Origin: Bacteroidales bacterium
GTDB taxonomy: Bacteria > Bacteroidota > Bacteroidia > Bacteroidales > VadinHA17
Direction of reading: 5' to 3'
Length of the DNA stretch: 64,000 nucleotides
Assembly: GCA_963676175.2 (NCBI GenBank)
Contig: CAXXWV010000003.1
Coordinates: forward strand, 9,239 to 73,238
Position 1 is the stretch's first letter. Every line of letters starts with the position of its first letter. The notes below the pieces were generated by a model. The model was not told the DNA's origin, ran no database searches, and saw nothing but the letters and a program-made list of their open reading frames with translations. The translations under genes were made by a program, and so were the position numbers. Positions 39,848-49,106 of the stretch are shown piece by piece.

Positions 39848-40429
39848 ATTAGTTTGATAGAGAAAGAAGAACTTTTATATGTCTGATCGGCAAGAATAGC
39901 AAGTTCCTGAAAAAAGCAATAAAATGTTCTCAAGAATTTTGATGGTGCGAAGGCAAAGACAAGTGAAATGAGGCATTTACTCTTGTGCGGGTAACCGTAA
40001 GCTCCTGAATGCAGGGAATGAGGCACGAAAGACCGGAATGAAGGAGATGAAGGGATGGAAATATTGAATTGAGCCGTTTTCGTTAAAAGAAAGCTTTGCT
40101 TATTTTTTATCTCTGAAACGAAATAAATGTTAGAAACAACATTAATGTCAGAAATAAGAATGCGGACAAATACAGACATATTAGGCCGATTAGCTTGCTA
40201 AATTTCAATATATAAACACATTCCATAGGTTTGGTGGAGCTGAAGCAACTGGATGCAGATATTCGGGTTCAGTTTTATTATACTATGGAGGAACAGAAAA
40301 ACAGAAATAATGAAGGAGCTATTAAAGAAGCAACAGAAAGGGTCAATAGCAGGTTGCCTTTGGAAAAGCTGCGGCTTGTGACCAAATACAAGAATTTGTC
40401 CGTTGATGATTACCAGCAGATGATAAAAA

Positions 40430-41792
40430 ATGCAGAGACCATTTCAGGAAGGGAACAATGCATTTATTTATACCCGTGTATCATCAGCGGACCAGGAAGA
40501 CAATACCAGCCTTGCATCACAGAAGAAACATCGCGAGATGTATGCAGACCGGAGAGGACTGAATGTTGTCGGGTATTTTGGCGGTACTTATGAGTCTGCC
40601 AGGACCGATGACCGCAAAGAGTTTAACCGGATGTTAATCTTTGTCAAGCGGTCAAAGAACATCAGTTATATAATCGTTTATTCTTATGAACGATTTTCCC
40701 GTTCCTGTATAGCTGGAGCTTCCATTGCAGATGATCTACTTAAAAAATACGGAGTTATTACGTTAGCAACCACGCAGGAACTTGACCCCAGAACCCCGTC
40801 TGGTTCATTTCAGCAAAAGATATTGTTCCTTTTTGGGCAAATGGATAATGAATTAAGGCGGGAGAAGGTTGTGACTGGTATGCGCGAGTTGGTATCAAAA
40901 GGTTATTGGGTATGGGCTGTTCCAAGAGGCTATAAAGATTTAAACAGAGGGAAAGCTACTGAACGCAAACTGGTTGTCAATGACGAAGGGAAAATCCTAA
41001 AAAAGTGTTTTTAAACCCATTTTATTGTGGCCTTTTTGTCAGCAAGATGATCCCGGAACAAATTATAGAAGGGCGGCATGAACCTTTGATTTCAAAAGAA
41101 TTGTTTTTGGCCGTTCATAATATCCGGCAGGAGAAAAGGAATCAAGGTTTTGTCCATGACAAGGACAATGAAAACCTTCCCCTAAAAGTATTTACCAAGT
41201 GTGAAAAATGTGGACAGACTATGACCGGTTACCTCGGAACGAAGAAAGGAATATATTATTAAAAGTGTAGGACCAAGGGTGTAAAGTTAACCGGAGTGCC
41301 AAAGCGATGCACGGACTGTTTCGGAACGTGTTAAAAGCTTTTCAAATCAGGAAAGAAGAGGTTGAAATCATTAAGGTTCAACTGGAAGAACTGATGTCTG
41401 TATTTTTCAAGTCGCAAATGGAGAATGCTAAATCTCCAAAAGTCCAACTGACGGAAACACGAAAGAAACTGAATGCCATAGAAGTGCGGTTTGTGATTGG
41501 CGAAATAGACCGAAGCCTTTATGAGAAGTTTAGGCCGAAATATGAAAAGGAGTGTTTTGAGATTGAGCAGGAACTTGACCGATCAGGCGGTTACAGTTCG
41601 AACCTCAAAAAGGTGACTGATTTTGCAGTAAAATTATGCCATAGTCCCTTTCTTTTGTGGGATTCCAGTGATTTGAACGAAAAAAGATTGTTTCAAAATT
41701 TGCTGTTTCGTGAAGGAATCTACTATAAGCACGAATTGGACATGGTTCGAACCACAAGGATCAATACTTTTTTTCACCAATCCCCGAATTAG
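40430..41792 (+). pseudogene. Large serine recombinase, degraded (one or two frameshifts plus an in-frame stop)
   Basis: Three consecutive ORFs in different frames. 40430..41014 is the resolvase catalytic domain (AFIYTRVSSADQ, YSYERFSRS). 41005..41262 is the recombinase domain and zinc-ribbon start (CEKCGQTMTGY...YY-stop-KC). 41307..41792 is the coiled-coil C-terminus. Confidence 0.75.
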
Positions 41793-41853
41793 CAAGGGTT
41801 CTGAAGGAACAAAAAAAAAGGATTCTATCAAACTTGATAAAATCCCCGACTTG

Positions 41854-41875
41854 GTGAACCTGGAGGGACTCAAAC
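41854..41875. repeat. Displaced copy of the tRNA-Arg 3' end (att site, distal end of the integrated element)
   Basis: GTGAACCTGGAGGGACTC (41854-41871) is identical to 49189-49206. The match extends to 22 bp with one mismatch. Confidence 0.75.
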
Positions 41876-42009
41876 AGGCTTAATAAAGGCAATTTCAAAT
41901 AGTCTAAAATATCAATGAATTATATTTGAAGCTTAGTCAAATCAACAATATCAGGCTTGTATACTAAATTAATAGTTAATAAATGTTATTAAAATAGATT
42001 TAATTTTGA

Positions 42010-42043
42010 TTGTAGAAATGTTGTAGAAATTGTATTTTTGTAG
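42010..42043 (+). repeat. Phased TTGTAGAAAT repeats (two perfect copies 11 bp apart plus two partial copies) upstream of the integrase
   Basis: TTGTAGAAAT occurs at 42010-42019 and 42021-42030. Partial copies are TTGTA at 42030 and TTGTAG at 42038. Related copies lie at 46390-46409 (inverted) and 49112-49130. Confidence 0.8.
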
Positions 42044-42149
42044 TGTGAGAACACTAAATGAAAATATTAATGCTTCGGATTCCAGGATCAGTAATGACCT
42101 GGGAGGTACTAGTGACCTTCACAAATCCGGAGCATTTATTTTATGAATT

Positions 42150-43478
42150 ATGGCAACATTCACTTATTTTGTTTCTGCAAAAAAGAGGGATCTGGCCCCG
42201 ATTTATGTCAGGCTTTCAGCTGGCAAAAATGTTGATCTTATAGTAAAAACTTTACTTCATGTTAATCCTGATCGCTGGAGTAATGATACGGAAACTATAA
42301 AACAGCGAATCAAATCTGATGATGATGAAATACTTATTAAGAAACTCAAAGAATTAAAGGGTCATATCGAAAGTGAGTATAAAAATTACTTTGGTGAATA
42401 TTCAAAGGAATGGCTTTCTTCAGTAGTTTATCAATTCCATACTAAAAAGGATATTAAGGCCAAAAATCTGAATGACTATATTGATAGGTTCATAAATGAT
42501 GCAAAGGAGGGGACACGAAAGAATAAGTCTGCAATGAATCTGGCACCCGGAACAATACGCATTTTAGAGGGCTTTAAACGAATCTTTGGAGAATATCAGG
42601 GAATATACACACCGGAACGCATCGAATGGCACAAAGATAAAGATAAGCATGGAGGCAAGGAAAAACCGCTCAGGCCTCTAAGGAAGATTGATTTTGAAAA
42701 CATCAATATAGACTTTTATAATTCTTTTGTGAACTTCCTATCCGATGAGGGTTATGCTTTAAACACTCAGGGCAGGTTTATCAAAAGTCTAAAGATGATG
42801 ATGAAGAAATCCCTTCAGGATAAATTACATAATAACCGGGAATTTGAATATGAGGCTTTCAGGGGTATTGCTGAAAAGACATTTGCAACATACCTGAATA
42901 AGGACGAGATTGATAAAATTTATAAAAAGGATCTGAATAATTTTCCCCGCATGGATCTGGCCCGGGATGCTTTTATTATTCTTTGTGAAACCTGTTTGAG
43001 AATATCAGATTATTCAAAAATAGATATTAATATCAGGACAATAGAAGGAAAGCGATTCATTGACATTCAGCAAACAAAAACAGGAAGCCGGGTAATTATT
43101 CCATTAACTCAAAGGTTTGAAGCTATTTGGAAGAAGTACAATAACAGTTTGCCACGCATTCCAGAACAGCACGTTAACAGATATATCAAAACAATTGCTA
43201 GTTGGTGCGAAATTAATGAGGAAATAAGATGGGAGGGGGTTAAGTTTGGCAAAAGGTTTCAACATTCGGCCCTGAAATGGGAACTAATTACCTGTCATTC
43301 AGGGAGGCGGTCAGCTTGTACTAATATGTATCTGGCCGGGATTCCATTAAAAGACATTAGGGAAATCAGCGGACATTCCAGTGATAAACAGTTATTGGAT
43401 TATATCAAAATAACGAAGGAAGAAACCGCTTTAAGACTATCTGATCATTCTTATTTCTCTGGACTAAAAGCTGTGTGA
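42150..43478 (+). CDS. Tyrosine site-specific integrase (Bacteroidota Arm-domain type)
   Basis: 442 aa. The N-terminus MATFTYFVSAKKRDLAPIYVRL is typical of the Arm DNA-binding domain. C-terminal catalytic residues are in HSGRRSACTN...GHSS....LLDYI. Confidence 0.9.
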   Translation: MATFTYFVSAKKRDLAPIYVRLSAGKNVDLIVKTLLHVNPDRWSNDTETIKQRIKSDDDEILIKKLKELKGHIESEYKNYFGEYSKEWLSSVVYQFHTKKDIKAKNLNDYIDRFINDAKEGTRKNKSAMNLAPGTIRILEGFKRIFGEYQGIYTPERIEWHKDKDKHGGKEKPLRPLRKIDFENINIDFYNSFVNFLSDEGYALNTQGRFIKSLKMMMKKSLQDKLHNNREFEYEAFRGIAEKTFATYLNKDEIDKIYKKDLNNFPRMDLARDAFIILCETCLRISDYSKIDINIRTIEGKRFIDIQQTKTGSRVIIPLTQRFEAIWKKYNNSLPRIPEQHVNRYIKTIASWCEINEEIRWEGVKFGKRFQHSALKWELITCHSGRRSACTNMYLAGIPLKDIREISGHSSDKQLLDYIKITKEETALRLSDHSYFSGLKAV

Positions 43479-43479
43479 C

Positions 43480-44358
43480 ATGAAAAAATCAACTACAATA
43501 ATAGATGATCCTTTATATCTTCCTGAAGGACGTAGAGACCACAGGCAATTATCATATTACAAAAAACTCTGTGATCAAATTGACAAAGATGGATTTATTC
43601 CGGTCCGGGACGAGGACGGTGAAACGATTAAAATTTATAGTAGGTGGATAATTGATATTATACTGCAAGAGAAAGTCAGGGTAAAGAAAATTGAAACCGG
43701 AACTGAAGAACTTGTAAACGGATTTGATTATCTTAAAGATTATATCAAGGGATATCACGAGGGTGTTAGTTACTTCCGGAAAGAATATGGTATTTCTTCA
43801 GAAGCATTCTATAAAAGTGATAAGTACATACCTGATTTGCAGAATATTTATTTCATTTCTAAACAGGATGACGGTAGTAATGGATTGGAATCTATTAAAA
43901 ATTCTGTTTATCCAGTGGTTTTCAATCATGCTTCAATCAGAAATTTTGGATATAAGTCTGGAATTGTCAGAGGTGTTGAAGAATTAAAGGAGAAATATCC
44001 GGTATCATTTAAAGATTTTGAAAAACTCGATAATGACTTTGAAACTTCTGAATTTACTGTAAAAAGTATATGTATTGCTTACCTATACTTATATAAAAAG
44101 GGGAATTATCCGATTCCGGAAATTACTATGAAAGGTAAAAAATCAGTGTTCTATAAAAGATTATCAGAAACTTATGGATTGTCTCCGAACTCAATAAAAC
44201 TTGATTGGCCTTATATGGAAGAAAGGAATAACAGAATTAAGCATCCTGACATTATTAAAACTGCTATTGAGCTTTTAAAAAAATTCTCATACTCAAATAT
44301 TGCTGAAGTTTTGAAGTTAGCAGAATCCGAATTAAGAGAAGCTCAATTAAAACTTTAA
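43480..44358 (+). CDS. Hypothetical protein, start 1 nt after the integrase stop
   Basis: 292-aa ORF with no recognised motif, followed by a strong hairpin terminator. Confidence 0.5.
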   Translation: MKKSTTIIDDPLYLPEGRRDHRQLSYYKKLCDQIDKDGFIPVRDEDGETIKIYSRWIIDIILQEKVRVKKIETGTEELVNGFDYLKDYIKGYHEGVSYFRKEYGISSEAFYKSDKYIPDLQNIYFISKQDDGSNGLESIKNSVYPVVFNHASIRNFGYKSGIVRGVEELKEKYPVSFKDFEKLDNDFETSEFTVKSICIAYLYLYKKGNYPIPEITMKGKKSVFYKRLSETYGLSPNSIKLDWPYMEERNNRIKHPDIIKTAIELLKKFSYSNIAEVLKLAESELREAQLKL

Positions 44359-44388
44359 TCATTTTTAAAATGTAACCCCGTTACATAC

Positions 44389-44415
44389 CCCGTTACTCAT
44401 TAACGGGTTTTTTTT
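44389..44415 (+). terminator. Intrinsic terminator
   Basis: Perfect 7-bp stem CCCGTTA/TAACGGG, 5-nt loop, then eight T residues. Confidence 0.6.
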
Positions 44416-44446
44416 ATGCTGTTTCTTTAATTACAAATTAAAAGAA

Positions 44447-44746
44447 ATGAGCATAATAGAAATCCTTAAAAGCAATCCGGATATAGTAAATAATCTGACA
44501 ATTCATGTCAACGCTTCCGACCTGCAGGAGTTTGCAGAACTATGTTTCAGCAAGGGGAGGAATGAGAAACCAGCACAAATAACCCAGGAAGAATATTTGA
44601 CCCCAGCCCAAATGGCTGAAGCCTTACAAGTTTCCCTGGTTACTCTATGGAGCTGGGACAAAAAAGGAATTACCAGGCCTTTGAGAATAGGAACTGCAAA
44701 AAGGTATCGGAGAAGTGATTTAGAAAAGATCCTTCACAATGCCTGA
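44447..44746 (+). CDS. Excisionase/MerR-type helix-turn-helix protein (HTH_17-like)
   Basis: 99 aa. The C-terminal LTPAQMAEALQVSLVTLWSWDKKGITRPLRIG..RYRRSDLEKIL matches the excisionase-family HTH pattern. Confidence 0.65.
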   Translation: MSIIEILKSNPDIVNNLTIHVNASDLQEFAELCFSKGRNEKPAQITQEEYLTPAQMAEALQVSLVTLWSWDKKGITRPLRIGTAKRYRRSDLEKILHNA

Positions 44747-45245
44747 GCTGATCATAACATCAAAGGGCAAAGAATATGCCTGCCTGTTCGACAAAAGGGA
44801 TCAGGCTTTAATATCCCGGTTCACATGGTCGCTACATTCAAAAGGATATGCCGTCACAACAATAAAGCGCAAACCCGTTTTGATGCACCGTCTTATTTTG
44901 GGAATTGTTGACCGGCCAGAAATTGAGGTAGATCATAAATTTCATAATCGATTAGATAACAGACATTCAAAGATTCGAGTTTGCAGTCATGCACAAAATA
45001 GAAGAAATTCCCGAAAATTAAAAGTATCTGCACAATCACAGTATAAGGGAGTTTACAGGGATAACAATAAATATCACGCTCAGATTATGATTGATAACCA
45101 GGTGATCAATTTGGGCCGGTACCGTTCACAAATAACAGCCGGTCGGATTTACGATCAGGCAGCCAAAAAAACTTTTAAAGACTTTGCTTTTTTGAATTTC
45201 CCCGGCTTAGATCCTTTGCCAATACAGTTAACAATTTCAATTTGA
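44739..45245 (+). CDS. HNH endonuclease-like protein with AP2-type DNA-binding domain
   Basis: 168 aa. HNH_3-like VDHKFHNRLDNRHSKIRVCSHAQNRRN is followed by YKGVY.....KYHAQI...QVINLGRY, an AP2 pattern. It overlaps its neighbours by 8 and 4 nt. Confidence 0.65.
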   Translation: MPELIITSKGKEYACLFDKRDQALISRFTWSLHSKGYAVTTIKRKPVLMHRLILGIVDRPEIEVDHKFHNRLDNRHSKIRVCSHAQNRRNSRKLKVSAQSQYKGVYRDNNKYHAQIMIDNQVINLGRYRSQITAGRIYDQAAKKTFKDFAFLNFPGLDPLPIQLTISI

Positions 45246-46021
45246 TGAATCAGGGCCAGAAATATTATCAATTTCATACGAGTTGCAAGACTTCATTAAA
45301 GCTAATTGAGAAAGCAGTTTCAGAAAGTTGGATCAGACAACTTGCATTTTATCATTTATTAAAGTTCCGATATAATAATGGATGTATCTATTCATATAAA
45401 AGTCGTATGGATGAAATTGCCAGCGGACTTAATATTTCAACTAAAACACTATACAACTATCTGAATTTTTTAAGATCAAAAGATTTGATTTGTGACCATG
45501 CAAACAATCTGAAATTAAAATCAATCCGGGATTTTCAAACAAACCGAAAAAAGAGCGTTTTGCTCATTAGTAAGAATCATAATTTATTTGATGTAACCTG
45601 TTTATTATACAGCAAACTGATTGAACGGAAGGCAAAACAGCAAGCTTTTGCGGAATCAGTCAGAAGGTTTGGAAGGGGTGACAGGTTTAAAAGCGGACTT
45701 TGTGAAAACCCCTTCCGGCCTTCTTTGTCTTACCGGACAATAGCAAAGTTACTTAATATTTCTGAAAGTAAGGCATTTAGAGTAATTGAAAACCTTAACC
45801 GAATGGATGTTATCAAAACTACAAAGCAAAAGCCCAAAATGATAAAAGAGAATGTTACAGGGTTGAAATTTTATATTGAAGATCTTCCGGGATATCGGTT
45901 TGAGATTGGAAGTAAGTTATTTGAATTATTCGGGTGCAAACATGACTTTGTTCAATTTCCTGTTTATCTTAAAAATATCACTATCAGACAGTATAAAAAA
46001 CAGATTAATAGGCACTTGTAA
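45242..46021 (+). CDS. Hypothetical protein with two HTH-like segments (possible replication/regulatory DNA-binding protein)
   Basis: 259 aa. Segments MDEIASGLNISTKTLYNYLNFLRSKDLI and YRTIAKLLNISESKAFRVIENLNRMDVI look like winged-helix recognition regions. The function is an inference only. Confidence 0.4.
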   Translation: MMNQGQKYYQFHTSCKTSLKLIEKAVSESWIRQLAFYHLLKFRYNNGCIYSYKSRMDEIASGLNISTKTLYNYLNFLRSKDLICDHANNLKLKSIRDFQTNRKKSVLLISKNHNLFDVTCLLYSKLIERKAKQQAFAESVRRFGRGDRFKSGLCENPFRPSLSYRTIAKLLNISESKAFRVIENLNRMDVIKTTKQKPKMIKENVTGLKFYIEDLPGYRFEIGSKLFELFGCKHDFVQFPVYLKNITIRQYKKQINRHL

Positions 46022-46113
46022 AATATGTAACAACCTTTAAAGCGTATAGAGATTTTTCAGGATTTAAAAAGCATTTAAGAAACAAAGAGTAAAAATATGA
46101 GGTGAGTCAAAAA

Positions 46114-46236
46114 ATGGTAAAAAAACTCAAAAATATTATTCTGACAAAAAAGAAAACAACGGTTGAGATCAAAGATGTTGACGGCTGGATGTTTGATTTA
46201 CGGTACCTGGTTAATGGCAAAGAAACTTATGGTTAA
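46114..46236 (+). pseudogene. Small ORF truncated by a 22-bp tandem duplication
   Basis: My own translation gives MVKKLKNIILTKKKTTVEIKDVDGWMFDLRYLVNGKETYG-stop. Removing one repeat copy restores a longer frame (...NGKETYSCQIIKSDVSGRIERLKRGGVMLV-stop). Confidence 0.3.
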
Positions 46237-46252
46237 TGGCAAAGAAACTTAT
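46209..46252 (+). repeat. Perfect tandem duplication of 22 bp (GGTTAATGGCAAAGAAACTTAT x2)
   Basis: Read directly: 46209-46230 equals 46231-46252. Confidence 0.95.
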
Positions 46253-46389
46253 TCCTGTCAGATAATAAAATCAGATGTTTCCGGAAGGATTGAAAGGTTG
46301 AAAAGAGGGGGGGTTATGTTGGTTTGAGTCCATGTAGGACTGAGTAATATATTTGAATATTAGAGTTATAAATAATATATGAAGTGATA

Positions 46390-46409
46390 TTCTACAACAA
46401 ATCTACAAT
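46390..46409 (-). repeat. Inverted pair of TTGTAGA-type repeats, 11-bp phasing
   Basis: Plus strand TTCTACAACAAATCTACAAT is the reverse complement of ATTGTAGATTTGTTGTAGAA. It lies just upstream of the ATG at 46432. Confidence 0.75.
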
Positions 46410-46431
46410 TAACGATAAAAGTGATTCAAAA

Positions 46432-46728
46432 ATGAATATAATTCTATTACTGCAGGCAATCAGACAGGTGACAGATTATCAGATCTCATTCATGGGGAAA
46501 GATTTTATTCTGAATGGGGAGAGACTTAGATTTAGAGACGATATAATCTTTATCGGTGATACTAAAATCAGAACAATAGACCCAAAAAGACTTTTGTATG
46601 AACTCAAATCGGAAAAGGTATTGCGAATTAATTCTGCAACAATCAATAACATTTTGAAGGTATTTCACAAACTCGAATGGGATGCAAGAAAAGGAAAAAA
46701 TAAGACTATTCAGACTGTATTTAATTGA
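46432..46728 (+). CDS. Hypothetical small protein
   Basis: The listed ORF starts at the GTG at 46384. The first ATG is at 46432 (MNIILLLQAIRQ...). Confidence 0.4.
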   Translation: MNIILLLQAIRQVTDYQISFMGKDFILNGERLRFRDDIIFIGDTKIRTIDPKRLLYELKSEKVLRINSATINNILKVFHKLEWDARKGKNKTIQTVFN

Positions 46729-46843
46729 GCTTTTAATTGAAGACTTTATCGACTTAGAGACTACTATATCAATGATGATCCAATTTAAGAGTGAACTAGC
46801 ATTAGAACTTTGTCAAAATTGAATTAATATAAACTATTAAAAA

Positions 46844-47494
46844 ATGAAAAAATCAGAGTTAATGAAAAAAACAGAAATTATTCCGGTGTGTGTATATCGG
46901 AATCCGGAACATGAAGAAACCACAAAAAGAGAATTGGTACAGGCTCAGGAGGCTTTACAATCAGTTTTGGACGTTTGGAATGGCTTAGACCTGGTTCCTA
47001 TTACTGATATATTTCAGTTGATAATGAATCCTTCTAAGATCTATTCTGAAGCAATCGACAAACTTGCTGTTGTGCCGGTTCAGGCTGGCCGGTTTCAAGT
47101 AAGTAAAGAGGCCTATATAAATACCCTTGATATTCCAATCCCTGATAGTCTTTATCAATCTGCTAAAGCAGCTAGGCAGCAATCATTTTGTGCAATCCCA
47201 GGGCTATGGAGTATTGAAGGTAGTAAGGTTGATTTAAATGAATCTGAGGCCCTTAATTACGTTAATGCAATGAATATTTACACTGATGATCCTGGAAAAA
47301 TAAATTTAGCAAAAGATATATCTAAATTATGTGATTTGTTAAATAGCTTAAATAAGCGATGTAATAATGAAATTCTGCCGTTATCGCCCTGGACTTATAA
47401 CTTTTTCAGAGGTAAATTTGAACTTAAAGAATCCGGCAATTGCTGGACTGTCAGTCCGAAAATTGAAACACTTAAAAAATGGATTCAAATCTGA
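46844..47494 (+). CDS. Hypothetical protein
   Basis: 216-aa ORF, no recognised motif. Confidence 0.5.
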   Translation: MKKSELMKKTEIIPVCVYRNPEHEETTKRELVQAQEALQSVLDVWNGLDLVPITDIFQLIMNPSKIYSEAIDKLAVVPVQAGRFQVSKEAYINTLDIPIPDSLYQSAKAARQQSFCAIPGLWSIEGSKVDLNESEALNYVNAMNIYTDDPGKINLAKDISKLCDLLNSLNKRCNNEILPLSPWTYNFFRGKFELKESGNCWTVSPKIETLKKWIQI

Positions 47495-47525
47495 TAATTG
47501 TAAACTACAATAAAAAACAATCGTT

Positions 47526-47807
47526 ATGCCATTTAAGAAAGGAAAATCCGGGAATCCTGAAGGACGAAATAAAGGCGCCAAAAACAGGACTACGGAGGAG
47601 GTCCGGCAATCCCTTTTAAGACTTCTGGATGATAACTTGGATAAGCTGCAAGAGGACATTGACAATCTGAAAGGCAAAGATCGGGTTTCCTTGCTGATCA
47701 ATTTGGCTAAACACATAGTCCCACAAGCAATTAATCCTGAGAAACTAACTGAAGATCAACTACAACAAATAATATCTTACCTCAGAGAAAATGAAAAACA
47801 GTCTTAA
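47526..47807 (+). CDS. Small basic protein with N-terminal GNPxGRxKG motif (DUF5681-like by recollection)
   Basis: The sequence MPFKKGKSGNPEGRNKGAKNRTTEE is followed by a helical region. I recall this motif from phage and prophage small proteins. Confidence 0.45.
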   Translation: MPFKKGKSGNPEGRNKGAKNRTTEEVRQSLLRLLDDNLDKLQEDIDNLKGKDRVSLLINLAKHIVPQAINPEKLTEDQLQQIISYLRENEKQS

Positions 47808-48090
47808 AAATCAGATAATTGAATTGTTATCAGAAGTGGAAAAACAAGATCTAATCATCTTTGATACTTATAATTGTGAACGTGGTCGGTATCGACATAA
47901 CGGTCGAATAATTAACGAACAGGAAAAAGAGGAACTTCAAAAAGGGTGTAAGCGCTCAATCATTTTTTCCCTTTTTACAGATAAAACAAGTTATAATAAA
48001 TTAGTAACGGACAAAAATCATTTGAATATTACAATTGATTCGCCTAAATCCGCTGAAATACTCCTTAAGCTTAGAGGGATAAAAAAATAG
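47791..48090 (+). CDS. Hypothetical small protein
   Basis: 99-aa ORF overlapping the previous gene by 17 nt. Confidence 0.4.
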   Translation: MKNSLKNQIIELLSEVEKQDLIIFDTYNCERGRYRHNGRIINEQEKEELQKGCKRSIIFSLFTDKTSYNKLVTDKNHLNITIDSPKSAEILLKLRGIKK

Positions 48091-48127
48091 TTTTCTTATT
48101 CATTTATGTTTTTGGTTCATTAGATGA

Positions 48128-48152
48128 GGCTGTCAGTAATGGCAGCCTTTTT
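48128..48152 (+). terminator. Intrinsic terminator
   Basis: Stem GGCTGTCA/TGGCAGCC (one G-U pair), GTAA loop, then TTTTT. Confidence 0.55.
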
Positions 48153-48215
48153 ATAGTTTAGACCCTATCCTGATATTAAGAATTTTGTAACTTTGATTAA
48201 ACTAATAATGAAAAC

Positions 48216-48713
48216 ATGAAAATATTGCCAATCTTTTTGCTTTTTATTGTTATACCAATTACCGTAATTGGTCAGAATATTAAATCATTAGATGAAAAGT
48301 ACGGTTTTCGAGAAATGAAATTTGAAACACACTTTAGTTCAATAAAGAACCTTGTTAAGGTTGAGGAAGGCTTTTATAAATCCACAACTGAAAATTTGAA
48401 ACTGGGAGATTATAAATTAAGTGAAGTAACTTATAGCTTTTATAAAGATCAATTATATATTATTTTGATTCAAACAAAAGGATTAATCAATAGTAGAGGT
48501 GTTCTTAAAATCCTCCAACAAGCTTATGGAGAAGGAATCCAGAGTAATGAATATATTGAAAGATATTATTGGGATGGAGAAAAAACGCTTATGAGTTATG
48601 AACAAAATTCAGTAACTGATGATGCCTTAATTATTATGTGGTGTAAAAAGCTTGCAGACCTAAAGGATACCGATGAAAAGAGAGCAAATTCTGAGGCAAT
48701 AAAACAATTGTGA
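48216..48713 (+). CDS. Secreted hypothetical protein
   Basis: 165 aa with signal peptide MKILPIFLLFIVIPITVIGQ. Confidence 0.5.
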   Translation: MKILPIFLLFIVIPITVIGQNIKSLDEKYGFREMKFETHFSSIKNLVKVEEGFYKSTTENLKLGDYKLSEVTYSFYKDQLYIILIQTKGLINSRGVLKILQQAYGEGIQSNEYIERYYWDGEKTLMSYEQNSVTDDALIIMWCKKLADLKDTDEKRANSEAIKQL

Positions 48714-48764
48714 AAGGACAACTCCGAAACCAAAAACGGTTTTTTCAAAAAGTTAATATGGAAT

Positions 48765-49019
48765 ATGACAAAAAACGAAGTAGAAGAAATTTTGAGATTG
48801 TATATTGATAAAATATTCAGAACTATTTCGAATGAATATTATTTGAACAAGTTTCTGGAAATAAAAAACGATGCGATAAATAAAGGTATACTTAGTCTCC
48901 AAGAAATTGAAGTAATCGTCTTAAACGAAGCGACAAAAAGAGGTATTATGACTATTTCTGAAGCGCAATTAACACTTATGACTAAGCAACTTCCAAAAGC
49001 TGAAAAGGATACGGACTGA
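48765..49019 (+). CDS. Hypothetical small protein
   Basis: 84-aa ORF, helical composition. Confidence 0.35.
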   Translation: MTKNEVEEILRLYIDKIFRTISNEYYLNKFLEIKNDAINKGILSLQEIEVIVLNEATKRGIMTISEAQLTLMTKQLPKAEKDTD

Positions 49020-49106
49020 ACTTTATACCTTACAGCTTCTGAAAACTAAAAAAGTATCCTTTATATGAAAGGCCAAGTTTATACCTTAAAAATAGCCAGT
49101 TTTGAA

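Noticed and set aside
39844-40179. Listed 111-aa minus-strand ORF between the S9-like remnant and the serine recombinase
   Set aside because: The translation is low complexity and serine/phenylalanine-rich, with no motif, in a junk-like AT-rich spacer. It is probably spurious.
40231-40593. Listed 120-aa ORF overlapping the start of the serine recombinase
   Set aside because: It starts at a TTG. Its 3' half is the wrong frame of the resolvase domain (AFIYTRVSSADQ is read in the 40430 frame). It is not an independent gene.
42058-42243. 61-aa ORF overlapping the integrase start
   Set aside because: It overlaps the integrase N-terminus, which has the conserved Arm-domain sequence from its own ATG at 42150. 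The region also contains the phased repeats, so it is more likely regulatory DNA.
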